From: Parachlamydiales bacterium
GTDB lineage: Bacteria > Chlamydiota > Chlamydiia > Chlamydiales > CALOCV01
Direction of reading: 5' to 3'
NCBI GenBank assembly: GCA_942491955.1
Contig: CALOCV010000030.1
Coordinates: 8,473 to 72,472 of the forward strand
Length of the DNA: 64,000 nucleotides
Both the position numbers and the translations under genes were made by a program. This document shows positions 37,766 through 47,336 of the stretch, piece by piece. The notes below the pieces were generated by a model. The model saw nothing but the letters and a program-made list of their open reading frames with translations. It did not search any database and was not told the origin of the DNA. Within the stretch, counting starts at the first letter, position 1. Every line of letters begins with the position of its first letter.

Positions 37766-38736
37766 ACCGAGAGAGCCAGTTGGATCAACTCAAAAAAATG
37801 ACCACTGTCGTTGCCGATACAGGCGATTTTGAATCCATTCAGAAATACCGACCAACCGATGCAACGACCAATCCCTCTCTAATTTTGCAAGCTGTCACCA
37901 AAGAAGGCGATCCCTACAAACACCTCATTGAAGATGCCGTCCGCTTTGGTCATAGAGAAGGAAAGAGCAAACGACAAAAAATCACCTATATGATGGAAAA
38001 ACTCTTTGTGAATTTTGGTATTGAAATCCTTAAAGTAGTGCCCGGCCGCGTCTCTACCGAAGTCGATGCAAGACTCTCCTTTGACGTCGCAGGAAGTATC
38101 AAAAAGGCCCATCGTTTCATCGCACTCTACAAAGATGCTGGCATTTCTAAGGATCGGATTTTAATCAAACTCGCCTCCACATGGGAAGGGGCAAAAGCGT
38201 GCCGTGTCCTCGAACAAGAGGGAATCCATTGCAATATGACGTTGATGTTCAGCCTTCCACAAGCTGTTGAGTGTGCGCGAGCAGGAGCTACCCTCATCTC
38301 CCCTTTTGTTGGTCGTATCCTCGACTGGTACAAACAGGCAATGGGAGTGGCTAGCTACCCACCTCATAAAGATCCTGGCGTCCTCTCCGTACGAAAAATC
38401 TATAACTATTACAAAAAACACGGCTACCCCACACAAATCATGGGAGCAAGCTTCCGCAATAAAGAACAAATCCTACAACTTGCTGGATGCGACCTCCTTA
38501 CCATCGCCCCTAAATTCCTCGAACAACTATCCCAAGAGTTTTTGCCCGTTGACAAAAAACTCGACCCAAGCGCCACAAAGAGTTTACGGATCCCCAAACT
38601 CGCCCTAACTGAGAAAGGGTTCCGTTGGAGACTCAATGAAAATGAGATGGCTCATCACGAACTCGCTAAAGGGATTCGTCACTTCGGCGCCGATTCCAAG
38701 AAACTCGAAAAGTTCGTCGAAAAAAACTTTACCTAA
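37762..38736 (+). CDS. tal: Transaldolase
   Basis: DATTNPSLIL, PGRVSTEVDARLSFD and ILIKLASTWEGAKACRVLEQEGIHCNMTLMFS are classical TalB-type motifs. Confidence 0.9.
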   Translation: MNRESQLDQLKKMTTVVADTGDFESIQKYRPTDATTNPSLILQAVTKEGDPYKHLIEDAVRFGHREGKSKRQKITYMMEKLFVNFGIEILKVVPGRVSTEVDARLSFDVAGSIKKAHRFIALYKDAGISKDRILIKLASTWEGAKACRVLEQEGIHCNMTLMFSLPQAVECARAGATLISPFVGRILDWYKQAMGVASYPPHKDPGVLSVRKIYNYYKKHGYPTQIMGASFRNKEQILQLAGCDLLTIAPKFLEQLSQEFLPVDKKLDPSATKSLRIPKLALTEKGFRWRLNENEMAHHELAKGIRHFGADSKKLEKFVEKNFT

Positions 38737-38759
38737 TACGTTTTTTTACTGGTTTTTTT

Positions 38760-39602
38760 TTGAAACGAGCCCATCTTTTACCTAATGTCATTACCGCCTT
38801 CGGCCTCTCATGTGGGCTTTTTGTTATTTTCAAGCTCTCCATGACGCCCGTCGGAGAGGCCGACTACTTCGTCCTTCTTGCCACAGCAGGCATCCTCATC
38901 CTCGCCGCTTTTGCCGACCTCCTCGATGGAGCCCTCGCTCGTGCTATCAAAGCGGAGAGCGCCTTTGGAGGCCTTTTCGACTCGTTAGCTGATGCCGTCT
39001 CTTTTGGTGTCGCTCCATCTGTTGTCGTCCTCAAAACACTCTCCCTCCCCGCAGGAACTCCCCTCTCTTTCTTCATTACCACAGCAGCCATGGTCTTCTC
39101 TGTATGCGGTGTCCTGCGCTTAGTGCGATTCAATGTCGTCCAAAGCCATGAACGGAAAGAAGAACTCACTCTTTGGCGCAACAGTAACAAAAATTTCACC
39201 GGGCTCCCCATCCCTGCAGCAGCTGCTGCTGTTATCTCTACAAACCTATTCCTCATCTCTCCCCAAGGACAACAATGGTTCCACCTCTCCGAAGAAGGAA
39301 GAACGTGGGTACTCCTCTTCCTTATGCTTTTCCTAGGTTACCTCATGATCAGCCGATGGAAATTTTTCAGCTTCAAAGCTCTGCAAATTCGCATCACATC
39401 CTTCTTCCTTGTTATCATTACCGTCATCAGCGCCGCCATTCTTCTCTGGGGATTCATCCACCATTTCCCCCTGCTTTTTGCCCTCCTCTCCTGGGCCTAC
39501 CTCCTAACCGCCCTCTCTCTCTCCTGCGTCCGTATCATCGCCGGTAGCCAATCCAAAACTCTTGTCGACTTCGAACCCGACGACACCGGCTTCGACGAAT
39601 AG
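38760..39602 (+). CDS. pssA: CDP-diacylglycerol--serine O-phosphatidyltransferase (CDP-alcohol phosphatidyltransferase family)
   Basis: DLLDGALARAIKAESAFGGLFDSLADAVSFG matches DxxDGxxARx8Gx3Dx3D. Multiple TM segments. TTG start. Confidence 0.8.
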   Translation: MKRAHLLPNVITAFGLSCGLFVIFKLSMTPVGEADYFVLLATAGILILAAFADLLDGALARAIKAESAFGGLFDSLADAVSFGVAPSVVVLKTLSLPAGTPLSFFITTAAMVFSVCGVLRLVRFNVVQSHERKEELTLWRNSNKNFTGLPIPAAAAAVISTNLFLISPQGQQWFHLSEEGRTWVLLFLMLFLGYLMISRWKFFSFKALQIRITSFFLVIITVISAAILLWGFIHHFPLLFALLSWAYLLTALSLSCVRIIAGSQSKTLVDFEPDDTGFDE

Positions 39603-39610
39603 TTTTTGTG

Positions 39611-40252
39611 TTAAGTCCTTTCTTTTCGATGTGAAAAATAGCGCAATAGGCCGCGGATGACACCGTGGATAAAGACATCTTTTTGGTGGAGGATGATGGG
39701 CTGATAGTCTTTTTGGGTCCCTTCTAGGCGAACGTAAGATTCATCGAGAAAGTAACGTTTGATTAAGGGCACTTGAGCGTTGATTAAGGCAATAACCATC
39801 TCGCCATTTTGGACATCGGTTCGTCCTTCGACGATAAGTTGATCACCATCGCACAGTTGTTCTTCCCCAAAGCCATCGCCTTGGACAAGAAGAACGTATG
39901 TTTTTTCTTTATCGTCTACAAAAGAAGGAGGTATAGAGATCGTTTGCGTTTGAGGAAAGAGGGAGATACCTTGATCGGCGTGGAGAGTGCCTATAAATGA
40001 GATTTCGCTTTCTATAGTGGGGGAAGAAGTTTGAGCGTGATTTTCGACAAGTTCAACGGAACGGGCTTGTTTGGGCAGGTGCAGGAGGGCTCCTTTTTTC
40101 TTAAGTGCCTGAATGTGTTTGTAGACAGTCGCAGACGAGGAGAAGGAGAAGTGATGCATGATTTCGCGATAGGTAGGAGAGTAGCGATTTTTAGCAATGT
40201 AGGTTTCGATAAACGTTAAGATATGAACTTGTTGTTTGGTCAATCCTTTCAT
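39611..40252 (-). CDS. LexA-like repressor (wHTH plus S24 peptidase fold) lacking the catalytic Ser
   Basis: LTKQQVHILTFIETYIAKNRYSPTYREIMHHF..SSATVYKHIQALKKKGAL is a LexA-type DNA-binding domain. The C-terminal VQGDGFGEEQLCDGD...PLIKRY aligns to LexA VSGMSMKDIGIMDGD...VTVKRL. The start at ATG 40252 overlaps the PAP2 stop (ATGA). Confidence 0.7.
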   Translation of the reverse strand: MKGLTKQQVHILTFIETYIAKNRYSPTYREIMHHFSFSSSATVYKHIQALKKKGALLHLPKQARSVELVENHAQTSSPTIESEISFIGTLHADQGISLFPQTQTISIPPSFVDDKEKTYVLLVQGDGFGEEQLCDGDQLIVEGRTDVQNGEMVIALINAQVPLIKRYFLDESYVRLEGTQKDYQPIILHQKDVFIHGVIRGLLRYFSHRKERT

Positions 40253-40920
40253 GCAATTGCCCTTACCCGCTGGTATCCCCACTGATCGAGCCATTTGGCG
40301 AGGTACCACATGATAAGGCCTGCTGCAAGGGTGTCGGTGAAGAAGTGGGCTCCCACGGCAATCCTAGCGAAGCTAATGAGTATTCCGAGGCTCAGAGCCA
40401 AAATCCAACCGGCTCGTTCTAGAAAGGAATTCCGGTAACGACGTCCCAAAAAAACAAAAGTAAAAAAATAAAAACCCGTAGAGGCGTGGCCTGAAGCAAA
40501 AGAACGGGCTGGTTTTTCTTTTTCTCTCCATTGGGGGAGAAAGACGGGACGGAAGGTCTCATTTCCTCCCCACTCTCGGATCTCGCGCGGGCGCGGTCTC
40601 CCCCACGATTCTTTAAGGATACCGTGGATAATGAGTCCTGGGCCGATAGCCAAGGTAAGAGAGAGATAGAGAGAGGGAAAGAGCCAATGCCGTCTTCTTG
40701 GAAAAAGGTAGGCAATAAGGGCCATAATGGTAGCGACGATTCCGATAAAAAGAGCAGGCCATGCACCATAAAAATAGAGAGCATCGATAGCTGGGTGGGT
40801 TACAAATTGACCTCGGCTATAAAACCATTGGGAAATAGCCCAATCCATCCATGGCGTTATTGCGATGAAGAGGGAGAAAAGCCATATTTTCATCCCTTTA
40901 GCATACCATTGTTTTTGCAA
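40249..40920 (-). CDS. PAP2-family membrane phosphatase
   Basis: [17 protein letters not shown] and [12 protein letters not shown] match the three PAP2 motifs (KxxxxxxRP, SGH, SRxxxxxHxxxD-like). Confidence 0.8.
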   Translation of the reverse strand: MQKQWYAKGMKIWLFSLFIAITPWMDWAISQWFYSRGQFVTHPAIDALYFYGAWPALFIGIVATIMALIAYLFPRRRHWLFPSLYLSLTLAIGPGLIIHGILKESWGRPRPREIREWGGNETFRPVFLPQWREKEKPARSFASGHASTGFYFFTFVFLGRRYRNSFLERAGWILALSLGILISFARIAVGAHFFTDTLAAGLIMWYLAKWLDQWGYQRVRAIA

Positions 40921-40922
40921 AA

Positions 40923-42143
40923 TTGGTAACCTTTCCTCTCATGATTCCTGTACTTTTGCTCAGTCTATTTACTCTTGTTTTTATCGTTCTTTTTTGGAGA
41001 GAGCGGAAGGAAAATCGGCAATTGGTAGGAAAGCTTTATGAGGAACAAAAAGAGTCTCTTCTTCTTCGAGAAAGATTGCAGCAAGCAGAACAGAAAAAAA
41101 AAGACCTAACGGATACTTTCAAAGCGCTTTCTGCTGATGCGTTGCAATCCCAATCATCGACGTTTCTTGAGATGGCTTCGGGTCGTTTTGCACAGCTTCA
41201 TGCTACTTCAAAGGGAGATCTTCAACTCCGCCAACAATCGATTCAAGAGATGGTGAAACCGTTAAAGGAGGCTCTTGACAAAGTGGACCGTCGGATTGGT
41301 GACCTTGAGAAGTCACGAGCGACAGCTTACAGTGCTTTGCATGAGCAGATCCAAACGATCTCTTTGGCCAATCGCGAACTACAAAAAGAGACGGGAAACC
41401 TGGTACAAGCGTTAAGGACTCCTCACATTCGTGGACGTTGGGGAGAGATCCAATTAAAACGCGTTGTTGAAATGGCGGGTATGTTGGAGTACTGCGATTT
41501 TGTCCTACAGGAATCGGTACAGAGTGAAGATTTACGCCGTTTGCGTCCCGATCTTTTGGTAAAACTCCCCAATGGACGCCAAATTGTTGTGGATGCAAAA
41601 ACGCCTTTACACGCCTATTTAGAAGCTGTTGAGTGTAAAAAACACGAAGATGCAGAAGAGAAATTCAAAGTGCATGCACGTCATGTGCGGACGCATATTC
41701 AACAGCTCAGCGCTAAATCGTATTGGGATCAATTTCAACCGACACCTGAATTTGTCATTTTGTTTATTCCTGCGGAATCCTTTTTTAGTGCAGCTCTTCA
41801 GATCGATCCGGAGCTGATTGAGCATGGGGTGGAGCAGAAGGTGATTATTGCCACACCGACGACGTTGATTGCCTTGTTACGCTCTGTTGCCTATGGCTGG
41901 AACCAAGAGCAGATGACAAAAAACGCTCAGAAAATTTCCGATTTAGGGAAGACACTTTACGAGCGACTTCGGATATTATCAAGCCATTTTGCCGATATCA
42001 AGCGAGGGCTTGATAAAACGGTAGAAAGTTACAATAAAGCAGTTCGTTCGATGGAGAGTCGGGTACTCGTTACAGCGCAGAAATTCAATGACTTAGGCAT
42101 TGGCCAAGACAAAGAGCTCCCTTCTTTAAAAGAGATTGACTAG
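40923..42143 (+). CDS. rmuC: DNA recombination protein RmuC
   Basis: N-terminal TM segment, coiled coil, then [32 protein letters not shown] and [12 protein letters not shown]. The real start is probably ATG 40941. Confidence 0.8.
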   Translation: MVTFPLMIPVLLLSLFTLVFIVLFWRERKENRQLVGKLYEEQKESLLLRERLQQAEQKKKDLTDTFKALSADALQSQSSTFLEMASGRFAQLHATSKGDLQLRQQSIQEMVKPLKEALDKVDRRIGDLEKSRATAYSALHEQIQTISLANRELQKETGNLVQALRTPHIRGRWGEIQLKRVVEMAGMLEYCDFVLQESVQSEDLRRLRPDLLVKLPNGRQIVVDAKTPLHAYLEAVECKKHEDAEEKFKVHARHVRTHIQQLSAKSYWDQFQPTPEFVILFIPAESFFSAALQIDPELIEHGVEQKVIIATPTTLIALLRSVAYGWNQEQMTKNAQKISDLGKTLYERLRILSSHFADIKRGLDKTVESYNKAVRSMESRVLVTAQKFNDLGIGQDKELPSLKEID

Positions 42144-42202
42144 TCGATTTTTTCCTTTATATAAAAAATGCAATATGTTATAATTGTTTTTTTAATACCT
42201 TA

Positions 42203-42947
42203 GTGTCTTTTATGCCCGCTTATTTTGAAATGAACGCCTATTTGAAAACCATGGAAAAGAATCGCGCATTCTCTGACCTCTCAAAAATATTTTCCTATGC
42301 AAGCAAAAATTCCCAATTTCGATATGGTGAGGTCTCTTTATCTTCTTTCTCTATTTACTATACGAATAAAGGGTGGTTCGGTCGCAAAATTCTCGCCATC
42401 CCCGCCGTCTTTTATTCCGGTGTGATCAAAGCGACGTATCATTTTGCAAAAATGTGTTTTTCCACCATCGGAATGATTACCTCTGAAGACAAGGAGTTTC
42501 AAAAAACACGAATAAAAGCCCATGTCTTTGCTTGGATAAGAGACTATGAGGAGGCCTTAGGTCGATTCCTCTCTTTATTTTACGATCGAATAGGACAATA
42601 CCTGGTTCAAGAAAGTCATTTTCATAAGTCATGTTACGACTGTTTTTCGGAAAAAGATCCCATTCTTGGAGGAATTGGATCTTTTTGGACTCCCTTAATC
42701 AAAAAAATCCCAACAATTAGCGGATGAAAAAAAAGCAAGAGAAACTTTAGGGGTTTCATCAAAGGCCTCACAAGCCGAGATTGAAAAAAAATTTAAAGAA
42801 ATTGCTAAGAAATATCATCCTGATAAAATCAGAAGACGTCCCGATGAAACAGAGCAACGATATTTGAAAAGAAAAGCAATATGCACTCAAGAATTTCAAA
42901 AAAAAAGCGCGAGTTATAATTTTTTAAAAAATAGAGGTCCTCTATGA
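42203..42947 (+). pseudogene. Hypothetical protein with C-terminal DnaJ J-domain, frame broken at an A run
   Basis: ORF 42203..42727 (frame 2) stops at TGA. Frame 3 is open from 42699 and encodes ..ADEKKARETLGVSSKASQAEIEKKFKEIAKKYHPDK.. with no start codon. The A7 run 42701-42707 lies at the junction. The stop overlaps the next ATG. Confidence 0.6.
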
Positions 42948-43792
42948 AGATATCCTTATCGAATATTCAGAATTTCAATAATTTAGATGATTTTTCCTAT
43001 AAAAAGACTTCTTGCAATGATTGGATTCATTATAAAAGAACTTCTACATGGACTTGGAACAAAACAATGGTAGTGATTGATCAACAAGGAATTTTGCATA
43101 TCAACTGGCAAAATCCCTTTAAGCGCTTGTTGAATCCTTTACTTCACTGGGTTTTCAAAAAATTTAAGATTTCTCATCTTTCTGCCGACAAAAACGATCT
43201 TATTGATGCGTTTAAAAAAGTCAATATTGGTGTTAATGATTCAACTGATTTCAAAGGAAAAATTATTCGTCCGAGTTTAGGAAAATGGATTGCACAACTT
43301 GTAGTAAAAGGGCCATCTTCCCAGTCAAAGGACTACGATCCTATACGTGATATTTCAATGGAGGATTTTCAACGTTTTGTCTATTTTATGAGCGAAGCGA
43401 AAATAGAAGAAGCAAAAGAACTTTGTGCAAAACTTGAATCATTGGATTCCTGCTTTGAAAAAGCGATTGATACTCCTTTAACTCTTTCGATTAAGAAAGA
43501 GGCTATTGAATTGGTAAAATGGCTTTTGGACAATAAAGTGAATCCAAATCTTCCAACAAAAAATGGGCAATCTCCTCTTGTATTGGCTGCTGAAAAGGAT
43601 CTTCCGCGTTCGTTTTTTATGGCTTTGTTTGATGCTGGAGCGAAGCCACAAAATCAGAACGAGGCGGATATGATTATTAAGTTGGCTGGAGGGCGAACGG
43701 ATATATCTCGTAATCAACGATTAATTGCTGCCATTGACGCTCTTATGAAAGGAGACGCAGTTGATTGGCCCGATCCAAAGCAAACTGGATGA
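42944..43792 (+). CDS. Hypothetical protein with C-terminal ankyrin-like repeats
   Basis: ..AIELVKWLLDNKVNPNLPTKNGQSPLVLAAEKD..FFMALFDAGAKP.. is an ankyrin pattern. Confidence 0.55.
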   Translation: MKISLSNIQNFNNLDDFSYKKTSCNDWIHYKRTSTWTWNKTMVVIDQQGILHINWQNPFKRLLNPLLHWVFKKFKISHLSADKNDLIDAFKKVNIGVNDSTDFKGKIIRPSLGKWIAQLVVKGPSSQSKDYDPIRDISMEDFQRFVYFMSEAKIEEAKELCAKLESLDSCFEKAIDTPLTLSIKKEAIELVKWLLDNKVNPNLPTKNGQSPLVLAAEKDLPRSFFMALFDAGAKPQNQNEADMIIKLAGGRTDISRNQRLIAAIDALMKGDAVDWPDPKQTG

Positions 43793-43916
43793 AGGCGAGT
43801 TGCACCAATTTCCAAAAATAAATACATTGCATCCAAAAATCATGTAGCTCAAATCAAAATAAACATTTACAATAAATATTTATTTTGATATCATCTCTTT
43901 TTCATGGAGGGCTAAC

Positions 43917-44858
43917 ATGATTTTTTCCACAGTTTCTCAAAAAAGAACCCATATCGCGCAGGATACCCACTATTTGGGCAGCGTGAATAGTTATAACAAT
44001 TTCCTTACCAAATTTGTTGCTAAACTCTTTCGCAAAGGGATTGATATTGATTTTTCGGGAAAAAAACGCACTTTGAATCGAAAAAGTTACCAAAAACATC
44101 TGCAACAATTAGGTATTACCGATAAAAGAGTGCAGGAGTGCCTCTCTTACACCTCCTTGATTACACCTCTTCCCCCCTGCCAGCTTCCTCGATTGGGATA
44201 TTTGCGCGATCATATCCATCACAAGAAGCGCAATAAGCAATTTAATAAGCTCATTCATGCTTTGGCAGGCAAAGATGAACAAAAGGCAAAAAAAGCGATT
44301 TGTAAAGGGGCTGAAGTTAATCAATATTTTTATCTAGAAGGGAACCGAGCTTCTACAGAGCATCCTCGTCACCGGCTTAACCGTTCGGAAGGAAGCATCT
44401 CTTTTATTGAAGCAACGCCATTAATTGCTGCAGTACAAAATAACACGTCTTCTGTAGCCGATCTTCTTGCTCAAGCGGGGGCGAACCTTCATGCTGTGGG
44501 CAATAAAACAGAGATACATCGACATCTTCAATCCATTGAACAAGATACTTCTCTTCATCATGGCCATCGCGTGATTTATACACCTACCTATCATCACCAT
44601 CGACGTCCCCATCATCACAGACATCGACACCCTCATCATCGGCGTCCCCATGTCCACTATCAACCTCATGTCGTCTCTACACCCTATGTGGAAAAGAGAA
44701 CCTACAAAGTGATCCAAGAGCGCGAGCAGGAAATAGAGACCTATACTCTTCAGGGTAGACCGGAAATTTTGCGTCAAGTGAGCAAAAAAGACCCCTCAAC
44801 CAAGCAGTATCGGCGATTATCGGATGTTTATCGTCGGCGTGCTTTCCTTTGGTTTTAA
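43917..44858 (+). CDS. Paralog family protein A (313 aa) with ankyrin-like segment and His/Arg/Pro-rich tract
   Basis: The N-terminal ~70 aa are homologous to 44870..45667. Contains TPLIAAVQNNTSSVADLLAQAGANLHA and HHGHRVIYTPTYHHHRRPHHHRHRHPHHRRPHVHYQPH. Confidence 0.55.
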   Translation: MIFSTVSQKRTHIAQDTHYLGSVNSYNNFLTKFVAKLFRKGIDIDFSGKKRTLNRKSYQKHLQQLGITDKRVQECLSYTSLITPLPPCQLPRLGYLRDHIHHKKRNKQFNKLIHALAGKDEQKAKKAICKGAEVNQYFYLEGNRASTEHPRHRLNRSEGSISFIEATPLIAAVQNNTSSVADLLAQAGANLHAVGNKTEIHRHLQSIEQDTSLHHGHRVIYTPTYHHHRRPHHHRHRHPHHRRPHVHYQPHVVSTPYVEKRTYKVIQEREQEIETYTLQGRPEILRQVSKKDPSTKQYRRLSDVYRRRAFLWF

Positions 44859-44869
44859 TGGAGTAGTTC

Positions 44870-45667
44870 ATGATCATCACAACACGTAGTCAAGGAAGAA
44901 CCCATATCGCAGATGAGTTGGACTATTTGGGAAGTGTCAATAGTTATAACCATCTCATTACGCGGTTATTTGCCAAAATTTTCCGCAAATCGATCGTGGT
45001 CGATTTTTCGGGAAAAAAGCGCTCTCTTAATAAAAAAAGTTATTACAAACACCTTAAAACTCTAGGTATTGCTTCGCTTGATATCAGCCATTCAACCAAT
45101 TATTCTGCAATTACCCAAAATCTCGATCTTTCTGCCACAACGAAAGGTAAGAAGATGCGTGATCATATTGCCCCGAAGGATCGTGAAAAGCAATCTCTCA
45201 AGCTCGCCCGTGCCATTTACAAAACCAAAGATGAGAACAAGGCTTGTCGAGCCGTATACAAAGGCGCCGATCCAAACACCTATTTTTATCTCTATCCCGC
45301 ACATAAGCAATCGTTACCTGTTGGTGACGAAAAAATTCTCCTTAATCCTCCTAAATTGGAAGGCGACTTTGAACAATCGATAGTGTATTGGAGACTCCAT
45401 CCATGTATTGCTACGCAACAAAATGCTCTTGTAAAAACATGGCATCTTTTAAAAAAAGCGGGAGCATCGCCATACCCCATGGGAGAAAAAGTACGCATTA
45501 CCAAAATTTTTAAAGAATACATCCACGCAACTCCGATATCAAGCCCCGCTTTCTCCGACCCTTTTAACCCCTTCGATCCGCCGATAACGCCCACTTTAAT
45601 ACCCATCTATGAAGAGCAAAAACAGGTTCTTGCAACCTATACATCCGAAATTCCACAGAAAGCCTAA
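44870..45667 (+). CDS. Paralog family protein B (265 aa)
   Basis: MIITTRSQGRTHIADELDYLGSVNSYNHLITRLFAKIFRKSIVVDFSGKKRSLNKKSYYKHL parallels the N-terminus of 43917..44858. Confidence 0.55.
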   Translation: MIITTRSQGRTHIADELDYLGSVNSYNHLITRLFAKIFRKSIVVDFSGKKRSLNKKSYYKHLKTLGIASLDISHSTNYSAITQNLDLSATTKGKKMRDHIAPKDREKQSLKLARAIYKTKDENKACRAVYKGADPNTYFYLYPAHKQSLPVGDEKILLNPPKLEGDFEQSIVYWRLHPCIATQQNALVKTWHLLKKAGASPYPMGEKVRITKIFKEYIHATPISSPAFSDPFNPFDPPITPTLIPIYEEQKQVLATYTSEIPQKA

Positions 45668-45686
45668 TACATTGGGGTCACATTGG

Positions 45687-45742
45687 GGTCAAGGCCTGAC
45701 ATTCGGACATTTGTTCCAAATGTCCGAATGTCAGGCCTGACC
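45687..45742. terminator. Long near-perfect palindrome (about 26 bp stem, 3 nt loop) between convergent genes
   Basis: ggtcaaggcctgacattcggacatttg-ttc-caaatgtccgaatgtcaggcctgacc, preceded by the direct repeat cattggggtca x2. Confidence 0.6.
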
Positions 45743-45751
45743 CTAATGCAA

Positions 45752-47269
45752 TTATACAGTTGCAACCGTTGGAGTAAGATCGCGGTATTGGAGGGCTTCG
45801 AGGAGGTGATCGGAGTGGATTTGATCTTGGTTATCGAGGTCGGCGATAGTACGGGCGACGCGGAGGAGACGGTCGATGCCTCGCGCAGAGGAGTGGAGTT
45901 CTTCCATGGCGTAGCGGATGAGGCGCTTGGATTCATCGTCAAGGGGTTCGTTGCGCAGTTGTTGGCCAAGGATTTGGGCATTGGTTTTAATGCTTTTCCA
46001 TCGGTCGTATTGCCGTTTTCGACTGTTGATGACGCGTTGTTGGACTTGGGAGGAGGATTCTCCTTGGGAGAGTTTTTCTCGATCCGTGTAGCGCAATGGG
46101 GAGACGGCGATTTGCATGTCGATGCGATCCCAGAGAGGTTCTGAGATTTTCCCTCGGTAGCGAAGCCGTTGTAGCTCGGTGTCGCGACAGGGGCGATCCG
46201 GATGTCCCCACATCCCGCAAGGACAGGGATTCATAGCACTGACGAAAAGGAAGCTTGCTGGGAAGGTGAGGTTGCCTTTAGCGCGGGAGATGGTGATACT
46301 GCGGTCTTCGAGGGGTTGCCGGAGGGTTTCTAGGAGTGTTCGGGAAAACTCTGGGAGTTCATCGAGAAAGAGGACTCCACGATGAGCTAGGGAGATCTCC
46401 CCTGGGCGTGGAACAGAGCCTCCGCCCATAAGACCCGCATAACTGATGGTGTGGTGAGGAGAGCGAAAGGGTCGATACTGAACAAGTCCACTGTCTTCTT
46501 TGATTCCGGCGAGAGAATGGATTTTTGTAACCTCAAGTACCTCTTCGAATTCTAGGGGTGGCATGATACTAGGAAGAGCTTTAGCTAAGAGAGTTTTTCC
46601 AGTCCCCGGGGGACCTATTAAGAGAATGTTATGCCCTCCGCTTGCAGCAATCTCAACGGCTCTTTTGGGAACCTCTTGTCCATAGATATCGGAAAAATCA
46701 ACATATGGAGTGGGGTCTTTCGCTGGAGAAGAGGGAGGTATGGGGAAAATTTTTTGAGGGTTTTGGATCACTTGTATGGCTTCAAGAAGGGAAGAGAGAC
46801 CATAAGAGGCGAGATTGGGCACAACAGAGGCTTCCTGAATATTTTTTTTGGGAAGGAGAATGCCCTGAAATCCTCTGTCTCGTGCAAGGAGCGCTGCAGG
46901 AAGAGCGCCTCGGATTGAACGCAGGTCACCGGTAAGTCCTAACTCTCCAACAACGAGGTAGGGAGAGATGTTGTTTTGCAGTTTTCCTGTGGCTTGGAGA
47001 ATGCCCAATGCGATGGGTAAATCGTAGAGAGCTCCTTCCTTGCGTAAGTTGCCAGGAGCGAGATTCACAGTAAACCGCCAGTGGTCGTAGGAAAAACCGG
47101 CATTGCGTAAGGCTGCAAGCACGCGATCTTTGGATTCGCGAACGGCACTATCGGGCAATCCCACAATGACAAAAGAGGGGTTGTCAGAGGGGATGGCATC
47201 GACTTCTACATCGACAAGGAGGGCATCTAACCCCAAAAAGGCAACAGAATGGATACGAGATACGGACAT
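45752..47269 (-). CDS. comM: Mg-chelatase-like AAA+ protein YifB/ComM
   Basis: ILLIGPPGTGKTLLAKALPSIMPPL, GVLFLDELPEF and FLFVSAMNPCPCG, plus an N-terminal Lon-protease-like domain. Confidence 0.85.
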   Translation of the reverse strand: MSVSRIHSVAFLGLDALLVDVEVDAIPSDNPSFVIVGLPDSAVRESKDRVLAALRNAGFSYDHWRFTVNLAPGNLRKEGALYDLPIALGILQATGKLQNNISPYLVVGELGLTGDLRSIRGALPAALLARDRGFQGILLPKKNIQEASVVPNLASYGLSSLLEAIQVIQNPQKIFPIPPSSPAKDPTPYVDFSDIYGQEVPKRAVEIAASGGHNILLIGPPGTGKTLLAKALPSIMPPLEFEEVLEVTKIHSLAGIKEDSGLVQYRPFRSPHHTISYAGLMGGGSVPRPGEISLAHRGVLFLDELPEFSRTLLETLRQPLEDRSITISRAKGNLTFPASFLFVSAMNPCPCGMWGHPDRPCRDTELQRLRYRGKISEPLWDRIDMQIAVSPLRYTDREKLSQGESSSQVQQRVINSRKRQYDRWKSIKTNAQILGQQLRNEPLDDESKRLIRYAMEELHSSARGIDRLLRVARTIADLDNQDQIHSDHLLEALQYRDLTPTVATV

Positions 47270-47305
47270 AAAAAAACCTGCCTATCGATACCGATTAGGC
47301 AGGTT
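47270..47305 (-). terminator. Intrinsic terminator after rpoC
   Basis: On the minus strand: aacctgcct-(13 nt loop)-aggcaggtt followed by T7. Abuts the comM ATG. Confidence 0.6.
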
Positions 47306-47336
47306 ACCATGGTTGCGCCAATAGGAACAACCGATC

